Source: Candidatus Zixiibacteriota bacterium (lineage in GTDB: Bacteria > Zixibacteria > MSB-5A5 > UBA10806 > 4484-95). From it: a stretch of DNA of 64,000 bases. Below, piece after piece: positions 50,286 through 60,430 of this stretch (positions are counted from its first letter, which is position 1; each line of letters opens with the position of its first letter). The position numbers were made by a program, and so were the translations under genes. The notes beneath the pieces were generated by a model. It was not told the origin of the DNA. It saw only the letters and a program-made list of their open reading frames with translations, and searched no databases. The stretch lies in NCBI GenBank assembly GCA_029932605.1, contig JAOZPT010000002.1, forward strand, positions 35,739 to 99,738, given 5' to 3'.

Positions 50286-51167
50286 ATGCTTCCACGCGAA
50301 CTTTTCAAGAAAATTAAAAAAATCGAGATTAAGACATCTCGGTTGGTCAACGATGTCTTTTCCGGTGAATACCATTCGATTTTTCGTGGCCGGGGGATGG
50401 AATTCTCCGAAGTACGTGAGTACATCTCCGGTGATGATATACGCACCATAGATTGGAACGTAACCGCCCGTTATAACCATCCCTACGTAAAGATCTACCG
50501 TGAAGAACGTGAGCTCACGGTAGTGCTTGCGGTTGACCTATCAGGCTCCGGCTCTTTCGGAAGCCTCCAGAAATTACGCAGGGAGATATCGGCCGAGCTT
50601 GCTGCTATTTTAGCATTCTCAGCCGTTAAAAACAACGATAAGGTTGGGCTTTTATTGTTTACTGATAAAATCGAAAAATTCATACCCCCAAAAAAAGGGC
50701 GTTTTCATGTGCTTCGGCTAATACGCGAGGTGCTATACTTTAAACCATCCGGAAAACGAACCAACTTAGCCGGAGCAATAGATTACCTCCTACGGGCAAT
50801 CAAAAAGAAAAGCGTGGTATTTCTAATATCCGACTTTTTAGATGAAAACTTTTTCAAGCCACTCGGTTTGGCCTCCAACAAACATGACCTTATCGCGGTG
50901 GAGATATATGACCCACTGGAAAGACGGATACCCGATGTTGGACTCGTCAATTTGGTTGACCTTGAATCGAATAAACATGTTCTTATCGATTTCTCCAGCA
51001 AAGATAATACTCGTACACTGGCACTGAAAGCTGAAACCATGAGAGCAAAACTGCATGAGTTTTTTCGGCGGCATAACATCGATATGATCGAATTAAGTAC
51101 CCATAAGGACTATACCCAGCCGCTTTACAGGTTTTTTGAACAACGTGCTAAACGTATACGGCGATAA
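50286..51167 (+). CDS. DUF58 (vWA-like) protein partnered with MoxR
   Basis: Seen in sequence: DUF58 hallmark (SGEYHSIFRGRGMEFSEVREYISGDDIRTIDWNVTAR). 293 aa, immediately downstream of moxR. Confidence 0.85.
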   Translation: MLPRELFKKIKKIEIKTSRLVNDVFSGEYHSIFRGRGMEFSEVREYISGDDIRTIDWNVTARYNHPYVKIYREERELTVVLAVDLSGSGSFGSLQKLRREISAELAAILAFSAVKNNDKVGLLLFTDKIEKFIPPKKGRFHVLRLIREVLYFKPSGKRTNLAGAIDYLLRAIKKKSVVFLISDFLDENFFKPLGLASNKHDLIAVEIYDPLERRIPDVGLVNLVDLESNKHVLIDFSSKDNTRTLALKAETMRAKLHEFFRRHNIDMIELSTHKDYTQPLYRFFEQRAKRIRR

Positions 51168-51179
51168 ACTTGAAATGCA

Positions 51180-52151
51180 ATGATTGGAAAAATTTTTAAA
51201 AAATTAACGATATTTTTTATTCTAATAGCAGTTTCTGTCATCGCACAGAATGCTCCGTTATCGGGAGATGAAAACCAAGACAAGGCTCCCATCAGGTTTG
51301 ATATCACCGTCCCTCAGGACAGCCTGACTATCGGAGACGATATCATAATCCACATTAAAGCAGATTACCCTTCTAATATCAAGGTAACACCACCATCAGG
51401 TCAAATACCAGACGAGGTGTTCGTTTTAAAATCAGGTCCGGAGGTGAAATCAAAAACCCGCAAAGGACGAAAATACGATGACTACACGTACGTGCTTACG
51501 GCATTCACAACCGGTGTTCTCGAGATACCCTCCTTTGAATTTTTTTGGTACGATTCGTTGGGCAATCAAAATGTGGTCTCTGCGCCAACAAAATCGATAT
51601 ATATCAAAAGCGTATTGCCAGCGGATACCAGCGGCCTTGATATAAAAGATATAATCGGACCAAAAGCTCTACCTAAACGACGATGGCCATATATCTTGAT
51701 AGGCATTTTAATAACAGTCATTATTATCGTAGTATATCTACTGCATAAACGAAAAATGAAAACTATTGAAATGCCCAAAGTACCCATTGAGCCACCATAT
51801 GATATCGCTATTAGGGAGCTGACCATACTTAAGGAGAAAGATTTACCGGGCAAAGGAAAAATAAAACTATATTATATCGAATTATCGGATATAATAAGGC
51901 GTTATATTGACGGGCGTTTTAATATCGATGCCGTGGAGGCTACTACCTATGAATTAAAGAAAGTTTTAAGACATCCTGAACTTCCAAAAGAAAAAATTTC
52001 AGATGCATTGAGTTTTTTAACCAGGGCCGACATGGTTAAATTCGCTAAGTTTATACCTTCGCCTCATTTAGTAAGAGGAGATTACGAGCTGGTAAAAAAA
52101 TTTATTGTCGAAACTAAACCGGTGGAAAAAGAGGTGGAAGTGGTAAAATGA
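51180..52151 (+). CDS. Bat-operon hypothetical membrane protein (DUF4381-like position)
   Basis: Seen in sequence: signal peptide plus a central TM helix (WPYILIGILITVIIIVVYLL). Operon position is between DUF58 and batA. Confidence 0.5.
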   Translation: MIGKIFKKLTIFFILIAVSVIAQNAPLSGDENQDKAPIRFDITVPQDSLTIGDDIIIHIKADYPSNIKVTPPSGQIPDEVFVLKSGPEVKSKTRKGRKYDDYTYVLTAFTTGVLEIPSFEFFWYDSLGNQNVVSAPTKSIYIKSVLPADTSGLDIKDIIGPKALPKRRWPYILIGILITVIIIVVYLLHKRKMKTIEMPKVPIEPPYDIAIRELTILKEKDLPGKGKIKLYYIELSDIIRRYIDGRFNIDAVEATTYELKKVLRHPELPKEKISDALSFLTRADMVKFAKFIPSPHLVRGDYELVKKFIVETKPVEKEVEVVK

Positions 52152-53140
52152 TAAGGTTTGCCCAACCATATTTCCTTTTACTTCTCTTACTTCCCATTGC
52201 TTACCTGCTTTTATATTATTTCAAGAGCTATTTAAAACCACCGGTAATGGGGTATTCCGAAACGGGGTTACTGGATCGACCCAAGCTCACTTTTAAAACA
52301 GCTTTTTACCAAGCGTTACCCGCTTTAGAAGCGTTGGCAATGGCTTTAGTGATAATTGCTGCAGCCAGACCGCAGTCAGGACATGGCGAGCGTCAGGTTT
52401 TCACCGAGGGTGTAGACATAATGCTTGTGCTTGATACTTCCGGCAGTATGCAGGCAGAAGATTTCAAACCCGAAAACAGGCTGGTTGTATCAAAAAATGT
52501 CATAAGAAACTTCATCAAAGGACGGCAGGGTGATAGAATAGGTTTGGTGGTTTTCGCCCGTCAGGCTTTCACTCAATGCCCTCTGACAAACGATTATCAG
52601 CTTCTGTTACAATTCTTAAAGGAGGTTGATTTCGGTATGGTGGACGACGGCACAGCTATAGGTCTGGCTCTCCTAACTGCCGCCAACAGACTGATCTCAT
52701 CCGATGCAAAAAGCAAAGTAATAATTCTTCTCACAGATGGCGTTAACAACGCTGGCCAGATAGACCCCATAACAGCAGCCAAAGCTATAGCCACCCTCGG
52801 AATTAAAACCTACACAATTGGCGCTGGTAAACATGGCATGGTTGATTTTCCCGTTTATGACCCACTATTTGGCAAGCGTTATGTCAAAAAGATGTCACAG
52901 ATTGACGAGGAAACTCTAAAGGAAGTTGCCAGCATCACCAACGGAAGATTCTTCAGGGCAGAAAACAGCCAAACCTTGCAGGACATCTATGACGAGATAT
53001 CAGTTATGGAAAAAACAAAAATAGAGGTTAAGGAGTATTACCGTTATGAGGAGTTATATGCTGGTTTTTTGGCACTTGGGTTGTTATTGATAACTGGAAA
53101 ATTTATTTTAAGTTCAACTGTATTGAGGAGTCTCCCATGA
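52148..53140 (+). CDS. batA: vWA domain protein BatA
   Basis: Seen in sequence: N-terminal TM helices, then a vWA MIDAS motif (DTSGSM). 330 aa, with a 4-nt overlap with the upstream gene. Confidence 0.8.
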   Translation: MIRFAQPYFLLLLLLPIAYLLLYYFKSYLKPPVMGYSETGLLDRPKLTFKTAFYQALPALEALAMALVIIAAARPQSGHGERQVFTEGVDIMLVLDTSGSMQAEDFKPENRLVVSKNVIRNFIKGRQGDRIGLVVFARQAFTQCPLTNDYQLLLQFLKEVDFGMVDDGTAIGLALLTAANRLISSDAKSKVIILLTDGVNNAGQIDPITAAKAIATLGIKTYTIGAGKHGMVDFPVYDPLFGKRYVKKMSQIDEETLKEVASITNGRFFRAENSQTLQDIYDEISVMEKTKIEVKEYYRYEELYAGFLALGLLLITGKFILSSTVLRSLP

Positions 53141-54141
53141 GGTTCTTACACCAAGATGTTCTTTACTTGCTTTTTTTACCCGTCGTATTGTTTTTTATAT
53201 ATATCGTTGGCTCAAAGTTGTCCAAAAAACGTCTTTCCAAACTAGGCGGTTTACAGATAAAACAGATGGCTCAACGTAGTGTCTCAGAAAGCCGCCGCAG
53301 GTTTAAATTTGCCTTAACAATGGTTGGCTTAACCTTGATGATTGTAGCTCTAGCTCGCCCTCAATATGGCTCTGAGCTTATCAAGGTTAAATCTACCGGA
53401 ACCGAGGTCATGATTGCTCTTGATGTATCCCTGTCGATGCTGGCAGGTGATTTTTATCCCTCTCGGTTAGATAAAGCCAAACGCCAGATATCAACGGTTA
53501 TTGATAATCTGCCCGGGGAAAGCATCGGCCTTATAGTGTTTTCCGGACAGGCTTTTGTGCAATGCCCGCTGACAGTGGACCACAGCGCCCTCAGGATGTT
53601 TCTTGATATCGTTGATGTGGGAACTATATCGGATACCGGCACTGATATAGAAAAAGCAATTGAAAAAGCCGCTGAGAGTTTTTCAGAGGAAAGCAAAGCG
53701 GACAAAGTGCTTGTAATATTCACCGATGGTGAGACCCAGGAAGGCGATCCCGTTTCGACGGCTAAGAAATATAAAAGCCTGTTTAAGATTTATACCGTTG
53801 GAGTTGGCACTCCTAAAGGTGAACCGATACCCATTCGTGGTGCTGATGGTTCAATTGAGGGCTACAAGAAAGACAAAAACGGAGAACTCGTAATATCTAG
53901 ATTAAATGAAGACCTTCTCATGGAAATCGCCACAGCTTCAGGTGGTATGGCTTATCGTTCCACACCGGGTGAACAGGAGCTGAAGTCTTTAGTAAAATGT
54001 ATTAAAGGTATGAAGAAAGGTGAAACCGAGAGTAATTTCCGCCGTCTTTATGAGGAAAAATTCCAGTATTTCTTAATACCGGGGATTTTATTTATCAGCC
54101 TGGCAATGTTTATCGGTCAGAGAGGAAAACATGCGTTGTAA
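53137..54141 (+). CDS. batB: vWA domain protein BatB
   Basis: Seen in sequence: TM helices, a vWA MIDAS motif (DVSLSM) and a C-terminal TM. 334 aa, with a 4-nt overlap. Confidence 0.8.
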   Translation: MRFLHQDVLYLLFLPVVLFFIYIVGSKLSKKRLSKLGGLQIKQMAQRSVSESRRRFKFALTMVGLTLMIVALARPQYGSELIKVKSTGTEVMIALDVSLSMLAGDFYPSRLDKAKRQISTVIDNLPGESIGLIVFSGQAFVQCPLTVDHSALRMFLDIVDVGTISDTGTDIEKAIEKAAESFSEESKADKVLVIFTDGETQEGDPVSTAKKYKSLFKIYTVGVGTPKGEPIPIRGADGSIEGYKKDKNGELVISRLNEDLLMEIATASGGMAYRSTPGEQELKSLVKCIKGMKKGETESNFRRLYEEKFQYFLIPGILFISLAMFIGQRGKHAL

Positions 54142-54844
54142 TATCGTTGCCCTTTTAATGATAATACTTGTGTCATTATCTTATGGTGACCAGTATCGAG
54201 ACTACATGAATAAGGGACAAAAACTGTATAACTCTGAGGATTATCAAACCGCCACCGAACAATTCCGCCAGGCGGAGGTGCTAAAACCTGATGACCCTAT
54301 CGCATCGTTTAATCTTGGTACAGCTCTTTATAAAAGTCAAGATTACAGTAAAGCCGTCGAAAAATTTTCACAATCTGCCGCAACAGCCGAAAAAAAACTA
54401 AAAAATGAATCATACTATAACCTGGGAAATTCTCAATATAGAAACCAAGAATACGCCGGGGCTTTACAGTCGTATAAAAACGCTCTGATAAACGACCCCA
54501 CCAATTTTGACGCTAAATACAATTTCGAACTGTCAAAGATACGTCTAAAACAACAGCAACAACAGCAAAATCAACAAAAACAGCAAAAAGAGGATGAAAA
54601 TAAAAAAGACCAGGAACAACAACGGCAACAGCAACAAAAAGAACAGGAACAACAACAGAAGTCACAAAATCAACAACAAAATCAAAAGCAGGAACAACAG
54701 AAACAACAACCCAAACCGAAAAAAGGCGAGATGACAGAACAGGAGGCAAAAGAGCTTTTAGAGGCATTTGAAAAGGATGAAAAACAGATTCAAAAAGAGC
54801 TTAAGAAATTTAAAATTAAATCCGGTTCGGCTCGCGATTGGTAG
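54131..54844 (+). CDS. batC: TPR-repeat protein BatC with a Gln-rich low-complexity tail
   Basis: Seen in sequence: TPR-like repeats (YNLGNSQYRNQEYAGALQSYKNAL), then a ~55-residue Q/E/K-rich segment. Confidence 0.7.
   Translation: MRCNIVALLMIILVSLSYGDQYRDYMNKGQKLYNSEDYQTATEQFRQAEVLKPDDPIASFNLGTALYKSQDYSKAVEKFSQSAATAEKKLKNESYYNLGNSQYRNQEYAGALQSYKNALINDPTNFDAKYNFELSKIRLKQQQQQQNQQKQQKEDENKKDQEQQRQQQQKEQEQQQKSQNQQQNQKQEQQKQQPKPKKGEMTEQEAKELLEAFEKDEKQIQKELKKFKIKSGSARDW
54549..54712 (+). repeat. CAA/CAG (Gln codon) low-complexity microsatellite-like tract inside batC
   Basis: Seen in sequence: the run caacagcaacaacagcaaaatcaacaaaaacagcaaaaag..., encoding QQQQQQNQQKQQ...QQQKSQNQQQNQKQEQQKQQ. Confidence 0.7.
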
Positions 54845-56615
54845 TTTTATAACCCTGGCTTTAATCTGTCCGCATGCCATAAGCCAGGATATAAATATAA
54901 CCGCCAATGTCGACCGCAATATCGTCGAGCTCGGCGAAACGATTAATCTCTCCATTTCTGTATCCGGTTCGGTAAGGTCCGTGTCAAAACCATCGCTACC
55001 CGATTTATCAGATTTTGATGTTTATTCCTCCGGGACAAGCTCCAATATTTCGATTGCCCCCGGTGCTACTAGTTATCAAACCGATTACAGCTATGTTTTG
55101 GTCCCCCGAAAAGTTGGAACTTATGTTATTGGTTCAGCAAAGGTTAAATACAAAGGCAGGGAGTATTCCACTCAACCAATTCAGATAAAGGTTAATCCTC
55201 CCACTAAACGAATCTCGCCATCTCAACCTGGTAGAAAACAACAGCATAACATACCCGCAAATGAAAACCAGGATTTCTTTATCGAACAGGCTGTGGACAA
55301 CAACCAGCCGTACGTAGGTGAACAGGTGACGATGGTTTTTAGGTTTTATCAGGGCCAGAACCTTTATGAGCAGCCTAGCCTCGAATGGCCTGATTATAAA
55401 GGTTTCTGGGTCGAGGACCTTCCTCCCCAAAAATCCTATAACAAATATATCAATGGCAGAAACTACAGGGTTATTGAAATACGTAAAGCTCTTTTCCCAA
55501 CAGTTTCCGGAAAGATAATAATAGAACCAGCAGTACTTACTATTCCCCCCGATGCATTTAGCTTCTTTTTCGACAGTGATCCATTTAATATGTTTTCCAA
55601 TCGTCGAAGGAGAAGTCATACCCAAAAGGTCCTGCGAACAAACAAGATCGTTTTAAATATTAAGCCATTGCCCGAAGAAAACAAACCTGCCTCTTTTACG
55701 GGAGCAGTAGGCAAATTCAATTTAAAAATATCTCTTGATAAGGATACCGTTGAGGTTGACCAACCAGTCACTTTGAAGGCGGTTTTAAATGGTGCCGGTA
55801 ATATCAAGAAACTTCCCGGAATTAATATACCCAAACTTGAAAATTTCCGACTCTATGATTCTGGCAGTAACGAAAACATCTCGAAAAACAACTATACGGT
55901 CTCGGGCTCAAAAGTTTTCGAATGGGTATTGATTCCCACCGCCCCCGGTGAGTACGACCTTCCCGAGCTCAGCTTCAGCTATTTTGACCTGTTGAAAAAA
56001 AAATACAAAACCCTGACCAAAAAACCAGGAAGCATATATGTTAAACCATCATCGATAACTTCTTTTTCTCCAGAGTTAATAACAAAAAATATCATCCCGG
56101 GCGCAAAAACAAGTTTGAATTATATCGTTACCGATTTTCCCGAGGATTTGCCTGGCCAACCCCTTTATAAGAATAAAATTTTGTGGATGCTCCAACTTCT
56201 TCCTCTGGTCTGGCTTCTTTCTTTAGCTATCTATACCAATCGACGCAATAAATTCAAAACAGACATTGCTTATGCCAGGCGAAGGCTTGCCACAAAGGCC
56301 GCTAAAAAAGCTTTGAATAAAGCAAAAGAGGGGTTAAACAAACCTGAACAATTTTACAGCCTGGTCTATAATGCAATTACTGGTTTTATATCAGATAAGC
56401 TTAATATCAACACCGCTGGCCTTACAAATATACAGATAATCGAGCTTTTGAAAAATACTAAAAAAGAAAGCGATACCCTCGATGACCTATTGAATTTTCT
56501 CAATCTTTGCGACGCTGGTAAATTTTCACCAGCTAAACCATCCCAGGAACAAATGAGGGAATTCTATTTTAAAGCGGAAAAGATCCTTGAAATGCTCGAA
56601 CGAGACTTGAAATGA
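54768..56615 (+). CDS. batD: BatD-like oxygen-tolerance protein
   Basis: Seen in sequence: 615 aa, a secreted domain plus a C-terminal TM helix (ILWMLQLLPLVWLLSLAIYT) and a cytoplasmic tail. Operon position fits BatD. The tracked start overlaps batC by 77 nt, so the true start is uncertain. Confidence 0.7.
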   Translation: MKRMKNRFKKSLRNLKLNPVRLAIGSFITLALICPHAISQDINITANVDRNIVELGETINLSISVSGSVRSVSKPSLPDLSDFDVYSSGTSSNISIAPGATSYQTDYSYVLVPRKVGTYVIGSAKVKYKGREYSTQPIQIKVNPPTKRISPSQPGRKQQHNIPANENQDFFIEQAVDNNQPYVGEQVTMVFRFYQGQNLYEQPSLEWPDYKGFWVEDLPPQKSYNKYINGRNYRVIEIRKALFPTVSGKIIIEPAVLTIPPDAFSFFFDSDPFNMFSNRRRRSHTQKVLRTNKIVLNIKPLPEENKPASFTGAVGKFNLKISLDKDTVEVDQPVTLKAVLNGAGNIKKLPGINIPKLENFRLYDSGSNENISKNNYTVSGSKVFEWVLIPTAPGEYDLPELSFSYFDLLKKKYKTLTKKPGSIYVKPSSITSFSPELITKNIIPGAKTSLNYIVTDFPEDLPGQPLYKNKILWMLQLLPLVWLLSLAIYTNRRNKFKTDIAYARRRLATKAAKKALNKAKEGLNKPEQFYSLVYNAITGFISDKLNINTAGLTNIQIIELLKNTKKESDTLDDLLNFLNLCDAGKFSPAKPSQEQMREFYFKAEKILEMLERDLK

Positions 56616-57364
56616 AATCAAGTAAATTTTTATTTCTGATATTAATGGTTTTGTCAACCAGTGTCTGTTTCGGATCAAACAATGATATCTGGACAAAGGC
56701 AAATACCGCTTATGACCAGGGGGATTTCAGTTCAGCAATCGATGGTTATCGAAAACTGCTGGAACATGGTCACCGCCATCCGGCGGTTTACTACAACCTC
56801 GGCAATGCCTATTTTAAAAAAGGAAAAATAGGACTTGCTATTGCCGCCTATGGCCATAGTCTTAAAATCGATCCGTCGTTCAAATTGGCCAGAGAAAATC
56901 TTGAGTATGTGAGGAAATTTACCGTTGACAAAGTGGAAGAAAAAGCGAAAGGATTCTTGCTTAATATCTGGTATGGGTTGGTTGATCTTCTACCTGCTGA
57001 GGCCTATTTCGCGATGACTATCATTGCATATTGGACATTATGCACGATTATAACGTTTTTGATGATAGGTCACGGGCGAAAAGAATTCCTCACTTATCTG
57101 TTGATATTATTTTCCACAGTATTTATTTTAGGGATTGCTATCAGCCGTTTCGCGGTCAATGAAACTCAGAACACGAAATGGGGAGTGATAGTTGTTCCCT
57201 CGGTGGAGTTGAGAGAGGGTCCTGGTGAGGAATTCGAAAAGATTTTCACAGGTCATGAGGGGTTGGAGTTTAAGATACTTTCTCAACGTCAGGATTATTA
57301 TCTTATTGAGCTTGGCAATGGTCTTAAGGGATGGATACCTGTAACCACCTTAACGGAGATTTAA
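56612..57364 (+). CDS. batE: TPR plus SH3-like protein BatE
   Basis: Seen in sequence: TPR repeats (AYDQGDFSSAIDGYRKLL, VYYNLGNAYFKKGK), TM helices, and a C-terminal SH3b-like segment (GWIPVTTL). Confidence 0.7.
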   Translation: MKSSKFLFLILMVLSTSVCFGSNNDIWTKANTAYDQGDFSSAIDGYRKLLEHGHRHPAVYYNLGNAYFKKGKIGLAIAAYGHSLKIDPSFKLARENLEYVRKFTVDKVEEKAKGFLLNIWYGLVDLLPAEAYFAMTIIAYWTLCTIITFLMIGHGRKEFLTYLLILFSTVFILGIAISRFAVNETQNTKWGVIVVPSVELREGPGEEFEKIFTGHEGLEFKILSQRQDYYLIELGNGLKGWIPVTTLTEI

Positions 57365-57365
57365 C

Positions 57366-58397
57366 TTGTCCCTGTTGAAAAGAAAAAGGTTCTGGGCAAC
57401 AGTCCTGGCTCTGGGATTGTCGGTTTACCTTTTTCGTGATTTCAAATTCTATCAAATCTGGACGCTGATAAAAGGCATCAACCTATGGTATCTTATCCCA
57501 TTAAGCATACTTGAAATCGTTATTGCGTTTGTACGCTCCCAGCGCTGGAAATACATAATAGACCCCGGTAAAAAGATAACAACTTTGAATATATTTTCCA
57601 CTTATTCAATCGGTATGATGATGAATCTCCTCCTACCAGCTTTAACCGGCCAGGTTGCTCGCATATTCCTACTTGCAAAAAAAGAAGAGATAAAAAAGAC
57701 CTTCGCTTTTACCTCGGTAGTGCTGGAGGTGCTGTTTGATGCCATCATACTGATAGGGTTATTATTTTTTGTCTCATATTTTTATGTATTCCCCGATCTT
57801 ATACGTAGCTGGGAGGTTATCGGCGGAATATTGGTGGTAGCTTTGGCGGTGTTTTTATACTGGGTGTCACGTCGCCACCATGACACTTCACACGATATAG
57901 AAAAAGTAAAACATAAACACAGCAATTTCGCTGAAAGGATAATTGATATAAAAAACAGCTTTGTTTATGGTTTAAGAATGCTTAGAAGCTCAAAGCATTT
58001 ATTTCTGGTCACGGGCCTTACTATAATTTCCTGGAGCCTGCAGGCGATGATGGTTTACCTTGTAATCGAAGCTGTCGATCTACAGATTGACCTCTGGGGT
58101 GCGGTTGTAATCATGGTAATTAATACTGTTATGGTGATGGTTGTGGTTACGCCCGTCAACGTTGGCACCTTTCAGCTTGCTTGTGTCTTTGCCCTATCCC
58201 TGTTCGACATCAACAAGCAAACCGCCTTGAGTTTTTCAATCGTTCTTCACGCTTTTAATTACTTCCCGCCTGTGCTGCTGGGTTGGTTCTTCTCATTGCG
58301 AGAGGGGTTAAGTTTCAAGAAGATGTATCGTGAGCGGAAGGAAAAAGAGGATATCGACTTAGAAAGGGTAAAGATCACTGAAGAGGTAAAAAAATAA
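57366..58397 (+). CDS. Flippase-like/LPG-synthase-TM (UPF0104) family membrane protein
   Basis: Seen in sequence: 343 aa with ~8 TM helices and an N-terminal FRDF...WTLIKG region resembling UPF0104/lysylphosphatidylglycerol-synthase transmembrane domains. Inference. Confidence 0.5.
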   Translation: MSLLKRKRFWATVLALGLSVYLFRDFKFYQIWTLIKGINLWYLIPLSILEIVIAFVRSQRWKYIIDPGKKITTLNIFSTYSIGMMMNLLLPALTGQVARIFLLAKKEEIKKTFAFTSVVLEVLFDAIILIGLLFFVSYFYVFPDLIRSWEVIGGILVVALAVFLYWVSRRHHDTSHDIEKVKHKHSNFAERIIDIKNSFVYGLRMLRSSKHLFLVTGLTIISWSLQAMMVYLVIEAVDLQIDLWGAVVIMVINTVMVMVVVTPVNVGTFQLACVFALSLFDINKQTALSFSIVLHAFNYFPPVLLGWFFSLREGLSFKKMYRERKEKEDIDLERVKITEEVKK

Positions 58398-58697
58398 GAA
58401 AAGACTTAATTTGCACAAAACTGTTGGGGCCGTGGCTTGGACATCTTGCCCAAGAATCGCTCCTGATATAAGTTGGAGTGCTGCATTGCAGACAATAAAA
58501 TTCTTTCAGACAACTCAAAAACACACTGCAACTTCAACAGAGCCCGCATCACCGAAGTTAGTATATTACATTTCAATAAATTAGCAACGTCTCAATTAAA
58601 TGTTAAAATATGCTTATGAATTATTCGGGATATATAATTCATAATATTTATTCTATTGACTTTATATATATAAAAAATTAAAATTAAAATCTATATT

Positions 58698-59387
58698 TTG
58701 AATAAGAACTTGATGAAAAAATTTGTCAGGATTGATGAATTGCTTGAAAAAGAGTATGGCAAAAAACCCTATAGCCAGGGACCTGATCCGCTTACGGAGT
58801 TGATACTTACTGTACTTTCACAGAATACCAGCGATATTAACAGAAACAGGGCTTTCAAATCATTAAAAGAGCATTTCCCCACCTGGGAAGATGTCCTTAA
58901 CACATCACCGGCTAAGCTATCCTCAGCCATAAGCATCGGCGGTTTGGCCAAAATCAAATCATGGCGAATAATAAAACTCCTCAAGTCCATACAAAAAAGC
59001 CATGGCCGTCTTGACTTAGACTTTCTACACAACTGGCCCGATAAAAAGGTCAAAGATTATTTGCTGGGTATAGATGGTATAGGACCCAAAACAGCTGCCT
59101 GTGTGCTGGTATTCTCTTTAGGACGAAATGTTATGCCGGTTGACACTCATGTTTATAGAGTTTCTAAAAGGTTGGGAATAATTCCCGGCAATACTACTGC
59201 AGAAGCAGCACATGATTTCTTTATAAGATTCGATGGAACGGTATCGTTATACCAGTTTCACCTTAATATTATCGAACATGGACGGAAAATCTGTCAAGCA
59301 AGAAAGCCCCGTTGTAATGAATGCAGTTTAAAACGATTATGCAGGTATTACAAAAATACCGGTAATACGAGGAGTAACACGAATTGA
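58698..59387 (+). CDS. nth: Endonuclease III (HhH-GPD glycosylase with a 4Fe-4S cluster)
   Basis: Seen in sequence: HhH-GPD (LLGIDGIGPKTAACVLVFSLGRNVMPVDTHVYRV) and the C-terminal cluster C-x6-C-x2-C-x5-C (CQARKPRCNECSLKRLC). Confidence 0.85.
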   Translation: MNKNLMKKFVRIDELLEKEYGKKPYSQGPDPLTELILTVLSQNTSDINRNRAFKSLKEHFPTWEDVLNTSPAKLSSAISIGGLAKIKSWRIIKLLKSIQKSHGRLDLDFLHNWPDKKVKDYLLGIDGIGPKTAACVLVFSLGRNVMPVDTHVYRVSKRLGIIPGNTTAEAAHDFFIRFDGTVSLYQFHLNIIEHGRKICQARKPRCNECSLKRLCRYYKNTGNTRSNTN

Positions 59388-60349
59388 TCAGAACACTACA
59401 ATATAATATAGAAACCGGTTGTAAGCGTTTCGATGGAATTATTCACTTTACCGAAATACTATCCCACCACGAGAACTCATACTGGATCGATTTCGAAAAT
59501 CCCAGTGATGAAGAATCGTATATTTTATATTCAGATTTTAAATTCCATCCTCTTATAATTGAGGATACGATTGAGAGTTCAAGTCCCAAGCTCGATGTTT
59601 TTAAGGACTATCTATACATGGTATTCCATACCGCCGATTATGTAAAAGAGGGTGAACTCGGTTCGAGAGAGATCGATTTCTTCCTCGGCAAAAACTATGT
59701 GGTGACATATCACCGAGAAAAATTTCCAACCTTAAACCATTTGTTTGAAAAATGCCTTCGTGATGACAGAATCCTTTCCCGCGGTGCTGATTTTATAATG
59801 CATACCATCATCGATAATCTCGTTGATGACTACAATAATACTTTAAAGATGGTGGCCGCTACAATAGATTCGTTCGAGGCTGAAATATTCAGCGGTAATC
59901 CCGGTAGAGAGATTTTAAAGAGAATTTTTGAGCTTAAAGAGGATATCGCTGAATTGAAAAAAACCGCCCTTGCTCAAAGGGATATGTTATGGAGATTCTC
60001 TAGAGGAGAATATAAGCTTACAAGCCCAGAGTCGCTTATTTATTTCAGGGATGTTTACGACCATCTGTCGCAGGTCAACGATAAAGCTGACCATTTCCGC
60101 GACTTGCTGACATCGGTTATGGAGGCCTTTTTTTCCATCACCTCAGAAAAAACCAACAGGATAATGAAAACACTGACAGTTTTCACGGTTGTGCTTTTAC
60201 CTCTCTCGTTGATCGCCAGCATATACGGAATGAATTTTAAAAATATGCCCGAATTGCAATGGGAGTATGGTTATTATTTTGCCCTACTGTTGATGCTTGT
60301 AGTAATGATCGTGACTCTGGTGATATTTAAAATAAAAGATTGGTTATAA
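59384..60349 (+). CDS. corA: Magnesium/cobalt transporter CorA
   Basis: Seen in sequence: the GMN motif (YGMNFKNMPE) before two C-terminal TM helices. 321 aa. Confidence 0.9.
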   Translation: MIRTLQYNIETGCKRFDGIIHFTEILSHHENSYWIDFENPSDEESYILYSDFKFHPLIIEDTIESSSPKLDVFKDYLYMVFHTADYVKEGELGSREIDFFLGKNYVVTYHREKFPTLNHLFEKCLRDDRILSRGADFIMHTIIDNLVDDYNNTLKMVAATIDSFEAEIFSGNPGREILKRIFELKEDIAELKKTALAQRDMLWRFSRGEYKLTSPESLIYFRDVYDHLSQVNDKADHFRDLLTSVMEAFFSITSEKTNRIMKTLTVFTVVLLPLSLIASIYGMNFKNMPELQWEYGYYFALLLMLVVMIVTLVIFKIKDWL

Positions 60350-60430
60350 CATGAGATTTAAAAAAGAAAATGTTATAAACCATAAAATACCTGTTCATTA
60401 CGCTGACATGTAAATATCCCAGGAGGATTT

